From: Pyrinomonadaceae bacterium
GTDB taxonomy: Bacteria > Acidobacteriota > Blastocatellia > Pyrinomonadales > Pyrinomonadaceae
Assembly (NCBI GenBank): GCA_044867735.1
Contig: JBIOVO010000286.1
Coordinates: 1,666-65,665 of the forward strand
DNA length: 64,000 nucleotides
Direction: 5' to 3'
Both the position numbers and the translations under genes were made by a program. Shown here piece after piece: positions 8,207-15,707 of the stretch. The notes beneath the pieces were generated by a model. The model did no database searches and was not told the DNA's origin. It saw only the letters and a program-made list of their open reading frames with translations. Numbering within the stretch: the first letter of the stretch is position 1; every line of letters starts with the position of its first letter.

Positions 8207-11080
8207 TCAAGCCTCGCTTACGAGAACCTTTTCCGTCAAGGCAGCGACTGTCGGCGCTTCATAGAACGCACGGATCGAAAGCGTGCACCCGAATGCAGCA
8301 CGAATGCGAGTCACTAATCGAATCAACATCACGCTGTCGCCTCCGAGATCAAAGAAGCTATCGTCCAAACTAACGCGAGGCACGCCCAGGGCCTGAGCAA
8401 ACAGTGTGCAGAGTAGCTCCTGCTCAGGCCCACTAGGGGCACGCCCACCGGCGCCACTGCCATATTCCGGCGCCGGCAATGATTTGCGATCGAGCTTGCC
8501 GTTCGGTGAAAGCGGAAATTCCTTCAGTTTTACGACCGCGCTCGGCAACATGTAGTCGGGCAACTTCGCCTTTAATCTCTGCCACACTTCCTGAACGATC
8601 TCTCGATCGTCCTGCGGAGCCGGAACCAATTCCTCAACTGTCATGCTGGAAAACAAGCTCTTGTAAAAAGCTGATCCCTGGAATACTCGCTGCACGTAAG
8701 GCAGCCTATAGAAGAACGACTTCGTGTTCGCGTTGCGAAACAAAATGCGGCCTTCGATCGAATAGTCCATGCGCAGCGGATGCCCCTTGCTGGGACGCCT
8801 GACGCTTTTGCCGACAATGCGGTCGCCGGCCTCGACTTTCAGGCCCGGCACAAATGCGGGAACAAATACCGGAGCATCTGTCGTGTAGACGGGATCGATC
8901 TGCTCAGGATCTCCAAAGAGCTCGAGGCTCAGAACGAAACCACAAAGCAGCGCGTCGCGATTAATCGTCAACTCAATTGCATGCTCGGTCGCTTGCGTGC
9001 TGTCTTGATGAGGATCATGACAATCGATCTGTTCAAACACAGATGATCCGGAAATCACACTCTCGGCGGGAAGTTGATGGACGCGCACTCTCAGATCAAA
9101 CGGGTAGCCGACCGCTGAAAAGATTTCCGGTACGTGCTCAAACTCTGCTCGCTCAATCAGACTCTCGGGTAATTCCACCGCTGATATCTGAGTGACGCAA
9201 CGCTGCGGATAAAAGATCGCATCCCGGCGAATCACTGGTCGCAGTTTTTGCAGGCAAACTTCCAGGCCCTTTCCGCCGCCGATATCTCCCAGAAAATCCG
9301 TTATGCACAGATCAATCGGATCTTCGAGACTCAGCACTTCCCCATTCACCGTAAATGCAATCACGCGTTCAGGTTCGTGCTCAAAAATTGTTTGCTCAGT
9401 CGTGGCCAGGGCCTCTAAGTTAGCTTCCGCGACATAAACACGTTTCGCTCCCGCATCAAGACACGCTTTGAGAAGAACGTTCTCCTTGTCAGGGCACACG
9501 ATCAGGACAGTCTTGGCCCGCGCGCTCTCGATTATGGTTTGATAAGAAGGATGAACTCGCGAACCGCTTTCGCACGAAGACGCGACTGGCGTCAGGTCAT
9601 CTTGATAATCGTGAATTGCCGGCGAGAACCAGGTCGTCTCCGAAGACGCTGCCGGCGTTTGCTTACTGGCGGAATCAGCAATCACATAGGCAACGAGGCG
9701 TTGCTGCCCAGGCTGGTCCTCACGAACAGTGACCGCTGCTTCGGCTATTCCGGGACAGCTTTCAAGCGCGGTTTCGATCTCGCGCAGTTCAATTCGGTGT
9801 CCGCGAATCTTTACCTGCTGATCAATGCGGCCGGCGAACTCCAGGTTTCCATTAACGTCCCATCTTGCCAGGTCACCGGTTCGATATAAGCGTTTGCCCT
9901 GCTCCTCACTGAAACAGTCTGGAACAAATCGCTCTGCCGCGAGCTCCGGCCGGTTCAAATAGCCGCGAGCCAATCCTACGCCGCCGATGTACAACTCTCC
10001 GACCTCAGTGAGCAACGGTTCCATCTCATCGTTCACTACGTACAGTTGCACATTCTCGAGCGCCGTCCCAATCGGGGCCACTGTGAGGTGTCTATGTACA
10101 CTCCTGCCCGCGCAGATGATTGCGCCTTCCGTCGGTCCGTACAGGACATGGACCTGAGCATTCGGGAAGACCTCTCTCATTTGATCCAGCAGTTGTATTC
10201 CGACCGCCTCGCCACCGACAAAGATCCGGCGCAATTTTCCGGCGTCAGAGTTGTGCTCCTTCATCCAGTCAACAACCTGCCGCATGAGTGTGGGGACGCA
10301 GTGCAAGAGTGTGAGACTTGAGAAGCTTGCAATCAATTGTTCCACATCAAGGATGTCTTTTTGATCCCAGATCGCTACCGTCCCACCGACACACAAGAGG
10401 TTGCACAATTCAAACAGCGAGATGTCGAAGGAAAAGGATGCAAGACATGGGATCACGTCGGTGTGCGTAAAGCCGAATCTCTCCCGGCTTGCGGCGAGTG
10501 TGTTCGCGAGGGCGCGGTGCTCGACCATCACACCTTTGGGGTTGCCTGTCGAGCCCGAAGTGTAAATTACGTAGGCAAGGTTTTCGCCGTCGATGGTCGG
10601 TTCCGGATTGTCTGTAGACTCGTGGGCAATTTCATTCCACGCATCGTCAAGGCAGATCGTAGTTGAGGCGGCGCCGGCCAGCTTTGCTTTGGTGTCTCGG
10701 CTGGTCACGATAACCGACACCTGCGAGTCCGCCAACATGTATCTGAGTCTTTCGGAGGGATAGTCCGGATCGAGCGGAACGTAGGCTCCGCCCGCTTTGA
10801 AGATTGCGAGCAACGTCACTAACGCTTCTGAGTTTCGCTCGAGGCAAACTCCTACTCGACGCTCCGCGTCTACTCCGAATCTCTTCAAGTAATGGGCCAA
10901 CTGATTGGCTTGCTGATTTAACTGAGCATACGAGAGTTGCCGATCGCCAGAGACAACCGCCGTCGCAAAGGGATCATTCTCGACCTGCTGCTCGAAGAGT
11001 TCGTGGAACAGCAACGTCGAAGAGAGCGCCGTTTGGGCCAGATCGGGATGATCGATCACTATCGCTTGAAGTTGTTGCAT
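8207..11080 (-). CDS. Stand-alone NRPS didomain: A (interrupted between A8 and A9 by a ~365-aa PRMT-fold-like insert with a degenerate SAM motif) - T
   Basis: A-domain motifs are LSYAQLNQQANQLAHYL, LAYVIYTSGSTGNPKGV, SFSFDISLFE, LYGPTEGAIICA, YRTGDLARW and KIRGHRIELREIE. After the insert come LPDYMLPSAVVKLKEFPLSPNGKLDRKSL (A9/A10) and the carrier motif FFDLGGDSVMLIRL. The pocket code read by eye is DIFHFGLIIK. Confidence 0.9.
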   Translation of the reverse strand: MQQLQAIVIDHPDLAQTALSSTLLFHELFEQQVENDPFATAVVSGDRQLSYAQLNQQANQLAHYLKRFGVDAERRVGVCLERNSEALVTLLAIFKAGGAYVPLDPDYPSERLRYMLADSQVSVIVTSRDTKAKLAGAASTTICLDDAWNEIAHESTDNPEPTIDGENLAYVIYTSGSTGNPKGVMVEHRALANTLAASRERFGFTHTDVIPCLASFSFDISLFELCNLLCVGGTVAIWDQKDILDVEQLIASFSSLTLLHCVPTLMRQVVDWMKEHNSDAGKLRRIFVGGEAVGIQLLDQMREVFPNAQVHVLYGPTEGAIICAGRSVHRHLTVAPIGTALENVQLYVVNDEMEPLLTEVGELYIGGVGLARGYLNRPELAAERFVPDCFSEEQGKRLYRTGDLARWDVNGNLEFAGRIDQQVKIRGHRIELREIETALESCPGIAEAAVTVREDQPGQQRLVAYVIADSASKQTPAASSETTWFSPAIHDYQDDLTPVASSCESGSRVHPSYQTIIESARAKTVLIVCPDKENVLLKACLDAGAKRVYVAEANLEALATTEQTIFEHEPERVIAFTVNGEVLSLEDPIDLCITDFLGDIGGGKGLEVCLQKLRPVIRRDAIFYPQRCVTQISAVELPESLIERAEFEHVPEIFSAVGYPFDLRVRVHQLPAESVISGSSVFEQIDCHDPHQDSTQATEHAIELTINRDALLCGFVLSLELFGDPEQIDPVYTTDAPVFVPAFVPGLKVEAGDRIVGKSVRRPSKGHPLRMDYSIEGRILFRNANTKSFFYRLPYVQRVFQGSAFYKSLFSSMTVEELVPAPQDDREIVQEVWQRLKAKLPDYMLPSAVVKLKEFPLSPNGKLDRKSLPAPEYGSGAGGRAPSGPEQELLCTLFAQALGVPRVSLDDSFFDLGGDSVMLIRLVTRIRAAFGCTLSIRAFYEAPTVAALTEKVLVSEA
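8570..9670 (-). other. Insert in the stand-alone A domain (about residues 471-837): paralogue of the PRMT-fold insert of the terminal NRPS, with the glycine-rich SAM motif lost
   Basis: VLIVCPDKENVLLKACLDAGAKRVYVAE aligns to VVDIGTGRDAIQARFCAEAGAKRVYAID in the 22935-37295 protein. LCITDFLGDIGGG aligns to VSVSEVVESIGGA, and IFYPQRCVTQISAVELPE aligns to VIIPERSVTKIVAVSLPD. The GxGxG positions read CPDKE. Confidence 0.6.
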
Positions 11081-11120
11081 GGAGCACCTTACTTGTAGGG
11101 ACGAAGGTCTGACTCAAGAA

Positions 11121-11256
11121 ATCGACAGGATTAACAGAACCAACAGGATGTTTGCTTGTCTTGTTCAATCCTGTAATCCTGTCTAAGCATCGACGGGATT
11201 AACAAAACCAACAGGATGTTTTCTTGTCTTGTTCAATCCTGTAATCCTGTCTAAGG
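11121..11256. repeat. Tandem direct repeat, 2 x 68 bp (about 94% identical), each unit a nested hairpin
   Basis: Unit 1 (11121-11188) is atcgacaggattaacagaaccaacaggatgtttgcttgtcttgttcaatcctgtaatcctgtctaagc. Unit 2 (11189-11256) differs at 4 positions. Within each unit GACAGGATTA pairs with TAATCCTGTC and CAGGAT pairs with ATCCTG. The repeat starts directly after the halogenase stop codon and ends 40 nt before the A-T start codon. Confidence 0.85.
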
Positions 11257-12747
11257 CTAGACCAGGACGGCCTCAGGAACTGTTTCACGCCATCTGAAAC
11301 CATCTGCTGAAGGAATGAGACCACCGTCAAAGAGCGGCTGCTCCTCATCGCCCATGGCTCCGGCGTGGGCTTGTCGCTGCATCTGCGTCGCTTCCTCAAC
11401 CAGGCTATCAAGAAAAGCTTCTTTCTCGCCCGAGAAATAAGGAGCTGCGCTATCGTTACTGTTCTGCAGTTGCTCTAACTCACCTTTGATTCTTTCGACT
11501 TGATCGCTTTCCACGATCAGCTCTTCCTGATGCAAGGTAGAGACACCAGCTACCAAACTAACAAATGCTTGTTGATTCGATTGCTGCGTATTGAGGACCT
11601 TGCGTGCGTTCCAGAAGTAGGAGTCTTCACTCTGATGCATGTCGTAAAACGAGGTGAGAAACTCGTAGAAATTCCTGAATTCGCGACGATATCTTTTTTC
11701 GAATTCTTCGAAGCAGCGAGTCTCGTCCATGCCATCGCTGAGAATGGAATTGATCGAACGCGCGGCCAGCAGAGCGGAGTAGGTTGCCAGATGTACGCCG
11801 GAAGAAAAAACCGGATCGATGAAGCAGGCGGCATCGCCTACCAGCACCAGACCAGGCACCCAAAACCGCTCATTGGAATAGGACCAGTCTTTGCGAACGC
11901 GTATTTGACCGTACTGTCCTTCGGTGACGCGCGTCGCCTTGGACAGCATTTCAGATATCTCCGGGCACGAGGCGATGAAGCGGGCCATAGCTTCCTCATG
12001 ACCAGCCTTAAGGAGACTCGCGTTTTCCTTTGACACGACGGCGCCGACGCTGGTGAGCGTAGCGGAAAGCGGAATATACCAAAACCATCCATCCTTAAAA
12101 GCTGCGCAGAAAATGTTGCCGTCACGTGGTGGAGGAAACCGATACCCGTTCTCGTAGTATCCAAACAGCGCCAGGTTCTGAAAGAAATTCGAATAGATTC
12201 GTTCGCCAACTTTTCTGTGAATCTGACTCGTATTGCCGGAAGCATCGACAATGTATTTTGCGTTGGCTTTACGAGCATTGCCGCCGTCATCCAGGAACTC
12301 AACTCCAGTGGCCCGGCCCGCGTCGAAGATAACGTCCTTCACTGAATGCTGCTCGCGCACGTCCACTCCATTGTGAACTGCATTCTTCAGGAGCATGTGA
12401 TCGAACTTTGATCTTTCAACCTGGTACGCATATGCCTGCGGTGTGGTAATCTCGGAGGCGGTGCTGAAGTGGAACGTCCAGGGCTCAGGATTGGTGCCCC
12501 ATTTGAATGTGCCGCCAAGCTTTCGCACGAACCCGGCCTGCTTCAACTCTTCCGACAGTCCGAGGATCTTGCAGACTCCGTGAATCGTCGCCGGCAATAA
12601 CGACTCGCCGATTTGGTAACGAGGGAACGTCTCACGCTCCAGCAGCAGTACTCGATGATTTTGCATTGCGAGTATCGTGGCCACGGTTGATCCCCCTGGA
12701 CCACCACCAATAACGACCACATCAAAATCTTCAACACTTGAATTCAT
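11257..12747 (-). CDS. Flavin-dependent halogenase (PltA/CndH-like, carrier-protein-substrate type)
   Basis: This 496-aa protein has the FAD motif VVIGGGPGGS, the motif GWFWYIP (WxWxIP), FIDPVFSSGVHLA and the conserved Lys context GFVRKLGGTFKWG. An AGGAGAA ribosome-binding site lies upstream of the ATG at 12747. Confidence 0.85.
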   Translation of the reverse strand: MNSSVEDFDVVVIGGGPGGSTVATILAMQNHRVLLLERETFPRYQIGESLLPATIHGVCKILGLSEELKQAGFVRKLGGTFKWGTNPEPWTFHFSTASEITTPQAYAYQVERSKFDHMLLKNAVHNGVDVREQHSVKDVIFDAGRATGVEFLDDGGNARKANAKYIVDASGNTSQIHRKVGERIYSNFFQNLALFGYYENGYRFPPPRDGNIFCAAFKDGWFWYIPLSATLTSVGAVVSKENASLLKAGHEEAMARFIASCPEISEMLSKATRVTEGQYGQIRVRKDWSYSNERFWVPGLVLVGDAACFIDPVFSSGVHLATYSALLAARSINSILSDGMDETRCFEEFEKRYRREFRNFYEFLTSFYDMHQSEDSYFWNARKVLNTQQSNQQAFVSLVAGVSTLHQEELIVESDQVERIKGELEQLQNSNDSAAPYFSGEKEAFLDSLVEEATQMQRQAHAGAMGDEEQPLFDGGLIPSADGFRWRETVPEAVLV

Positions 12748-12771
12748 TTACCTGTTCTCCTGATTCGTGAT

Positions 12772-12816
12772 CCACAGATTGCGCAGATTCAGGAACACAA
12801 TCTGTGTCATCTGCGG
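12772..12816. repeat. Intercistronic palindrome between the LanB-like and halogenase genes
   Basis: The sequence is ccacagattgcgcagattcaggaacacaatctgtgtcatctgcgg. CACAGATTG pairs with CAATCTGTG, and CGCAGAT pairs with ATCTGCG. The four arms are interleaved, which allows either alternative hairpins or a pseudoknot-like order. Confidence 0.6.
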
Positions 12817-12824
12817 ATAAAGTC

Positions 12825-15413
12825 TCAGGCTTCCACGGCGACGCAGCGGAATTCACTCGTGTAACGATTCCCCTGTGCATCGTGAAGCCACGTTTCGTGT
12901 GGTTGCGGCAGCATCTCCGTCACGCTGAGCAGCGCGCCGGGTTCTCCCTCCTCGTTCATCCGCCGCACAAACTTCGAAAGGATGTCGACATAGATAGGAC
13001 TCCCAAAATCGACGTAGAAGGGCTTAACCTCAATCGGCACTTTGACGAAGACAAAGCGCGGCAGGCCTTGTGAGCGAGCCCATCTTCTCGCTGCGAGGAA
13101 ACGCTCTGACTCATCTTTTGCTTTAGCAAACTTCAACTCTTTCGATTCGAAGCGTCGCGTTTCACGAGCTACTACAAGATTGTCAAAGTTGATGCGCGGG
13201 TTGTAACGTCCCGAACCAAAGAGCCCGAACCGTTGAATGACTTGTCCCACCATCACCGAGGCGCAAGCCTCGAGGATCTCGAAACTCTCCTTGCCATCGC
13301 GCGTGCGCAACCTCAGTCCACAACTGGTGTCCTCGACAACCAGCGAACTGATCGGCAAACTTTTTTCTTCGGGCAATGCATAGGTGTCTCTGTTAACTAA
13401 GAGCCGGAAATCATCCTTTGAATTGATCATCGAATAGGCGCGCGAGAAGGCGTACTCCTTGGTGCCAACCGGTATGAGCTGTGGCTCGGGCATGTCTTTC
13501 CGATGCCACCTGATCAACTCGTCCGGGTCAGGATGCTGGGCCACAAAACAGGAGGCTTTCAACGTGTTGGCGCCGACGTGCACTTCTCCCATCACGAGTT
13601 CATAGTCACCGCGCTGAATGGCCTCAGCGCTGGAGGCCACAATCATGATGTCAGGACTATGATGACCGGCCATGGTCCAACCGGGAGAGGGAGCGTCAAA
13701 TATTTCCTGCAACGGTCCGCGAAGTTCTTCACACGAGTACCTGATCCGCCGCTGTCCCGGGGTGATAGCCAACAGTGTGGCCCAGCGCTGATGGAATTCT
13801 GTGATGGCCGATTCAATGGCCGGCGCTCGGTGCTCTCGGTCGCCGAAGATGGTCTTGAGCTTGTTTAAGTAAGTGATGGCATCAATTGTCGGCGAGCCCG
13901 TGCGCCTGACGAGATCGCAATAGAGTTCGCGCAATCCGTGACGGTAACGTTGGGCCGCCTGATATGTCAGCCAGCGGGCACTGGTCAAAAGCAGCGAAAG
14001 CGGCGGACCGAGCTTTTGCAGAAACTCCGAACCTGCTTCGATCTCTATGTCGCGACGGCAGTCTTCATAAATCAACGTTCTTCCGGCATACGTCTCGCCA
14101 TGCCTTCTCGTTGGTGAAGCGCCCGTAAGACGGGTGAAGGTCGTTTCGAATCCAGCGAGCGCCTGGTCCAGCCGTTCAGGATCGTCGGCAACCTCGACGA
14201 CGAGCGAGCGTGCCTGTTCAAGTTCATTCAGCACGCCGAGGCATTGAGCGCGCAAGGACAAATCGTCGATGATCTCGAGCTTGTGACGCAGGTATTCTTC
14301 TGGTTTGAGTTGCAGCGGCACTGTGAAGTCCCACGCAATGACCTCAAGCCGTTGCAGCTCATCGATCAATGCAAAGATCTCTCTCTCGTTTCGGAAACCG
14401 AGTTTAGTTATTCCCAAAAGACCGACGGCGATCTGCCGGGCCGTGCGCCGCCCATCACAGGCATGCATTACAAACGCCTGTTTGGGTGTGATCTTTATCG
14501 TTTGCTGATCGGCAAAGTGAAGGTTTGTTCCATCCAGGCGGATGTAAGGCATCCGTCGCGGGGCCAGCCAGGGATCCAGTGCCCGTCCCTGCGCCAACGT
14601 CTCTGCTATTCGATCGATACACCAACCTTCAAAACGTACACTGCGTTTGGCGAGGAGAGTCTCGCCTGGCCTTACTTCCACCGAGTGGCCATCTTCCAGA
14701 AACTTTCCCCAACCCATTGGACCAAAGAACCCGATGGTGTCGTTCTTTACGCAATAGCGTTGCAAATAGCTGGCGACCATCTCTTCATGTTGTCGTTGCT
14801 TGGAGCCACGAGGACCGGAGCCGGCAGTTTTGCGCAAGAGTGAATTGATGCTGGTATGTATCGCCTGACGATTCTGCCAGGTCACCGCACAACGAAAGCG
14901 GCTTTCGGCGATCAGATCGCGGATGGCCTGTGAAGTCTCTTCAGTTGCGGCAAGGAAACTTTCACGATAATTCTTCGCGAGCGGATCGAGTTGGGAACGA
15001 GCGTCGCGCAGAATCTCTAAACGTTCCTGGCCTGAACTGCTCGAGTTTAAGGGCTTCGGTAGCTTTCCCTTCTTTAAGGTCTGGATGGCTCGCAAAAGCG
15101 GCTCTCGGTCTTGCGGCTCGGCTGCTTCCAGATCGCTGCGCAGTGCGGTGAGTGTCTTATCCAAAAGCTGTTCCGAGTGCTGCTCGGCGTCGAGTAAAAC
15201 ATCGGCAGCCGCAACACACTGCGGATCTGAAAGTCTGAGCACTTGTTCGGACGAGAATCCCGCCCCTCTGACACCAAAACAACGCCAGAGCTTCCAATTA
15301 CCACCCGGAAGGGGAATCAAGTGATCGGTCGGCGACTCGACAGCATCGAGTCCGGGATAACCAACCGGCGGCGGCGCCGCGACTGATTCTGTTATGTTAG
15401 TGGCTTCATTCAT
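12825..15413 (-). CDS. Lantibiotic-dehydratase (LanB) N-terminal-domain family protein lacking an elimination domain (split-LanB / PEARL-like)
   Basis: This 862-aa protein contains YLQRYCVKNDTIGFFGP, comparable to the NisB segment YKRSYLRSTPFGLF. It also contains YELVMGEVHVGANTLKASCF, comparable to ILGDIVGNNNLGGASGRF. GLPRFVFVKVPIEVKPFYVDFGSPIYVDIL corresponds to IPKEFYIVNGDNKVYLSQKNPLDMEIL of NisB, the segment that precedes the elimination domain. Here the ORF ends about 45 aa later. Confidence 0.75.
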   Translation of the reverse strand: MNEATNITESVAAPPPVGYPGLDAVESPTDHLIPLPGGNWKLWRCFGVRGAGFSSEQVLRLSDPQCVAAADVLLDAEQHSEQLLDKTLTALRSDLEAAEPQDREPLLRAIQTLKKGKLPKPLNSSSSGQERLEILRDARSQLDPLAKNYRESFLAATEETSQAIRDLIAESRFRCAVTWQNRQAIHTSINSLLRKTAGSGPRGSKQRQHEEMVASYLQRYCVKNDTIGFFGPMGWGKFLEDGHSVEVRPGETLLAKRSVRFEGWCIDRIAETLAQGRALDPWLAPRRMPYIRLDGTNLHFADQQTIKITPKQAFVMHACDGRRTARQIAVGLLGITKLGFRNEREIFALIDELQRLEVIAWDFTVPLQLKPEEYLRHKLEIIDDLSLRAQCLGVLNELEQARSLVVEVADDPERLDQALAGFETTFTRLTGASPTRRHGETYAGRTLIYEDCRRDIEIEAGSEFLQKLGPPLSLLLTSARWLTYQAAQRYRHGLRELYCDLVRRTGSPTIDAITYLNKLKTIFGDREHRAPAIESAITEFHQRWATLLAITPGQRRIRYSCEELRGPLQEIFDAPSPGWTMAGHHSPDIMIVASSAEAIQRGDYELVMGEVHVGANTLKASCFVAQHPDPDELIRWHRKDMPEPQLIPVGTKEYAFSRAYSMINSKDDFRLLVNRDTYALPEEKSLPISSLVVEDTSCGLRLRTRDGKESFEILEACASVMVGQVIQRFGLFGSGRYNPRINFDNLVVARETRRFESKELKFAKAKDESERFLAARRWARSQGLPRFVFVKVPIEVKPFYVDFGSPIYVDILSKFVRRMNEEGEPGALLSVTEMLPQPHETWLHDAQGNRYTSEFRCVAVEA

Positions 15414-15478
15414 TTGAGAGTGTCCATCGCTCGAACGAGGTTTGCACGAAAAGTCGTGACCATTGATATCGAGGATTT

Positions 15479-15638
15479 TTGCTCCGGAGGAGCAACATGT
15501 TTATAGCGCCCAGTTCCCTTAGGTACGCCGCTCCGTCAGGAGCGGAATGTGATTTGAGCGCCGACTACATTGCGCGCCGCTGGAGCGCGGAGTTCTGAGC
15601 GGCGTAAGGGCTATAAACATCGTGCTCCTCCGGAGCAC
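15479..15638. mobile_element. Complete ~160-bp copy of the GCTCC-NNN-GGAGC hairpin element, inverted relative to the copy at 5693-5848
   Basis: The termini are ttgctccggaggagcaacatgtttatagc (15479-15507) and ggctataaacatcgtgctcctccggagcac (15609-15638). The reverse complement shows the same module order as the 5693-5848 copy: TIR, GCGCTCCAGCGG-type hairpin followed by aatgta, CCGCTCC-n-GGAGCGG hairpin, then TIR. Confidence 0.75.
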
Positions 15639-15707
15639 TTCGCGACAGAGCCATCAAGCCCATAACCACTTCGTGCAACGCCGTCTCCAAACAGCAACCT
15701 CGGCAAC

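Noticed and set aside
7465-14843. Plus-strand ORFs of 167 aa (7465-7968), 177 aa (11500-12033) and 199 aa (14244-14843) in the tailoring block.
   Set aside because: Each is antisense to a minus-strand gene with clear family motifs: the S51 peptidase, the halogenase and the LanB-like protein. None has recognisable motifs or a plausible ribosome-binding site.
12825-15413. Reading the LanB-like gene as evidence for an ordinary class I lanthipeptide or thiopeptide cluster.
   Set aside because: The window contains no LanC cyclase, no elimination domain or separate eliminase, no YcaO or azoline genes, and no precursor-like ORF next to it. The gene is in an operon-like arrangement with NRPS accessory genes.
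15565-15654. A 29-aa minus-strand ORF (MALSRSAPEEHDVYSPYAAQNSALQRRAM) between the type II TE and LanB-like genes, considered as a candidate precursor peptide.
   Set aside because: It lies almost entirely inside the palindromic hairpin element, starting 16 nt beyond its right end. The same words, and hence similar pseudo-peptides, recur at 5.7-5.97 kb in the other orientation. No ribosome-binding site is present.
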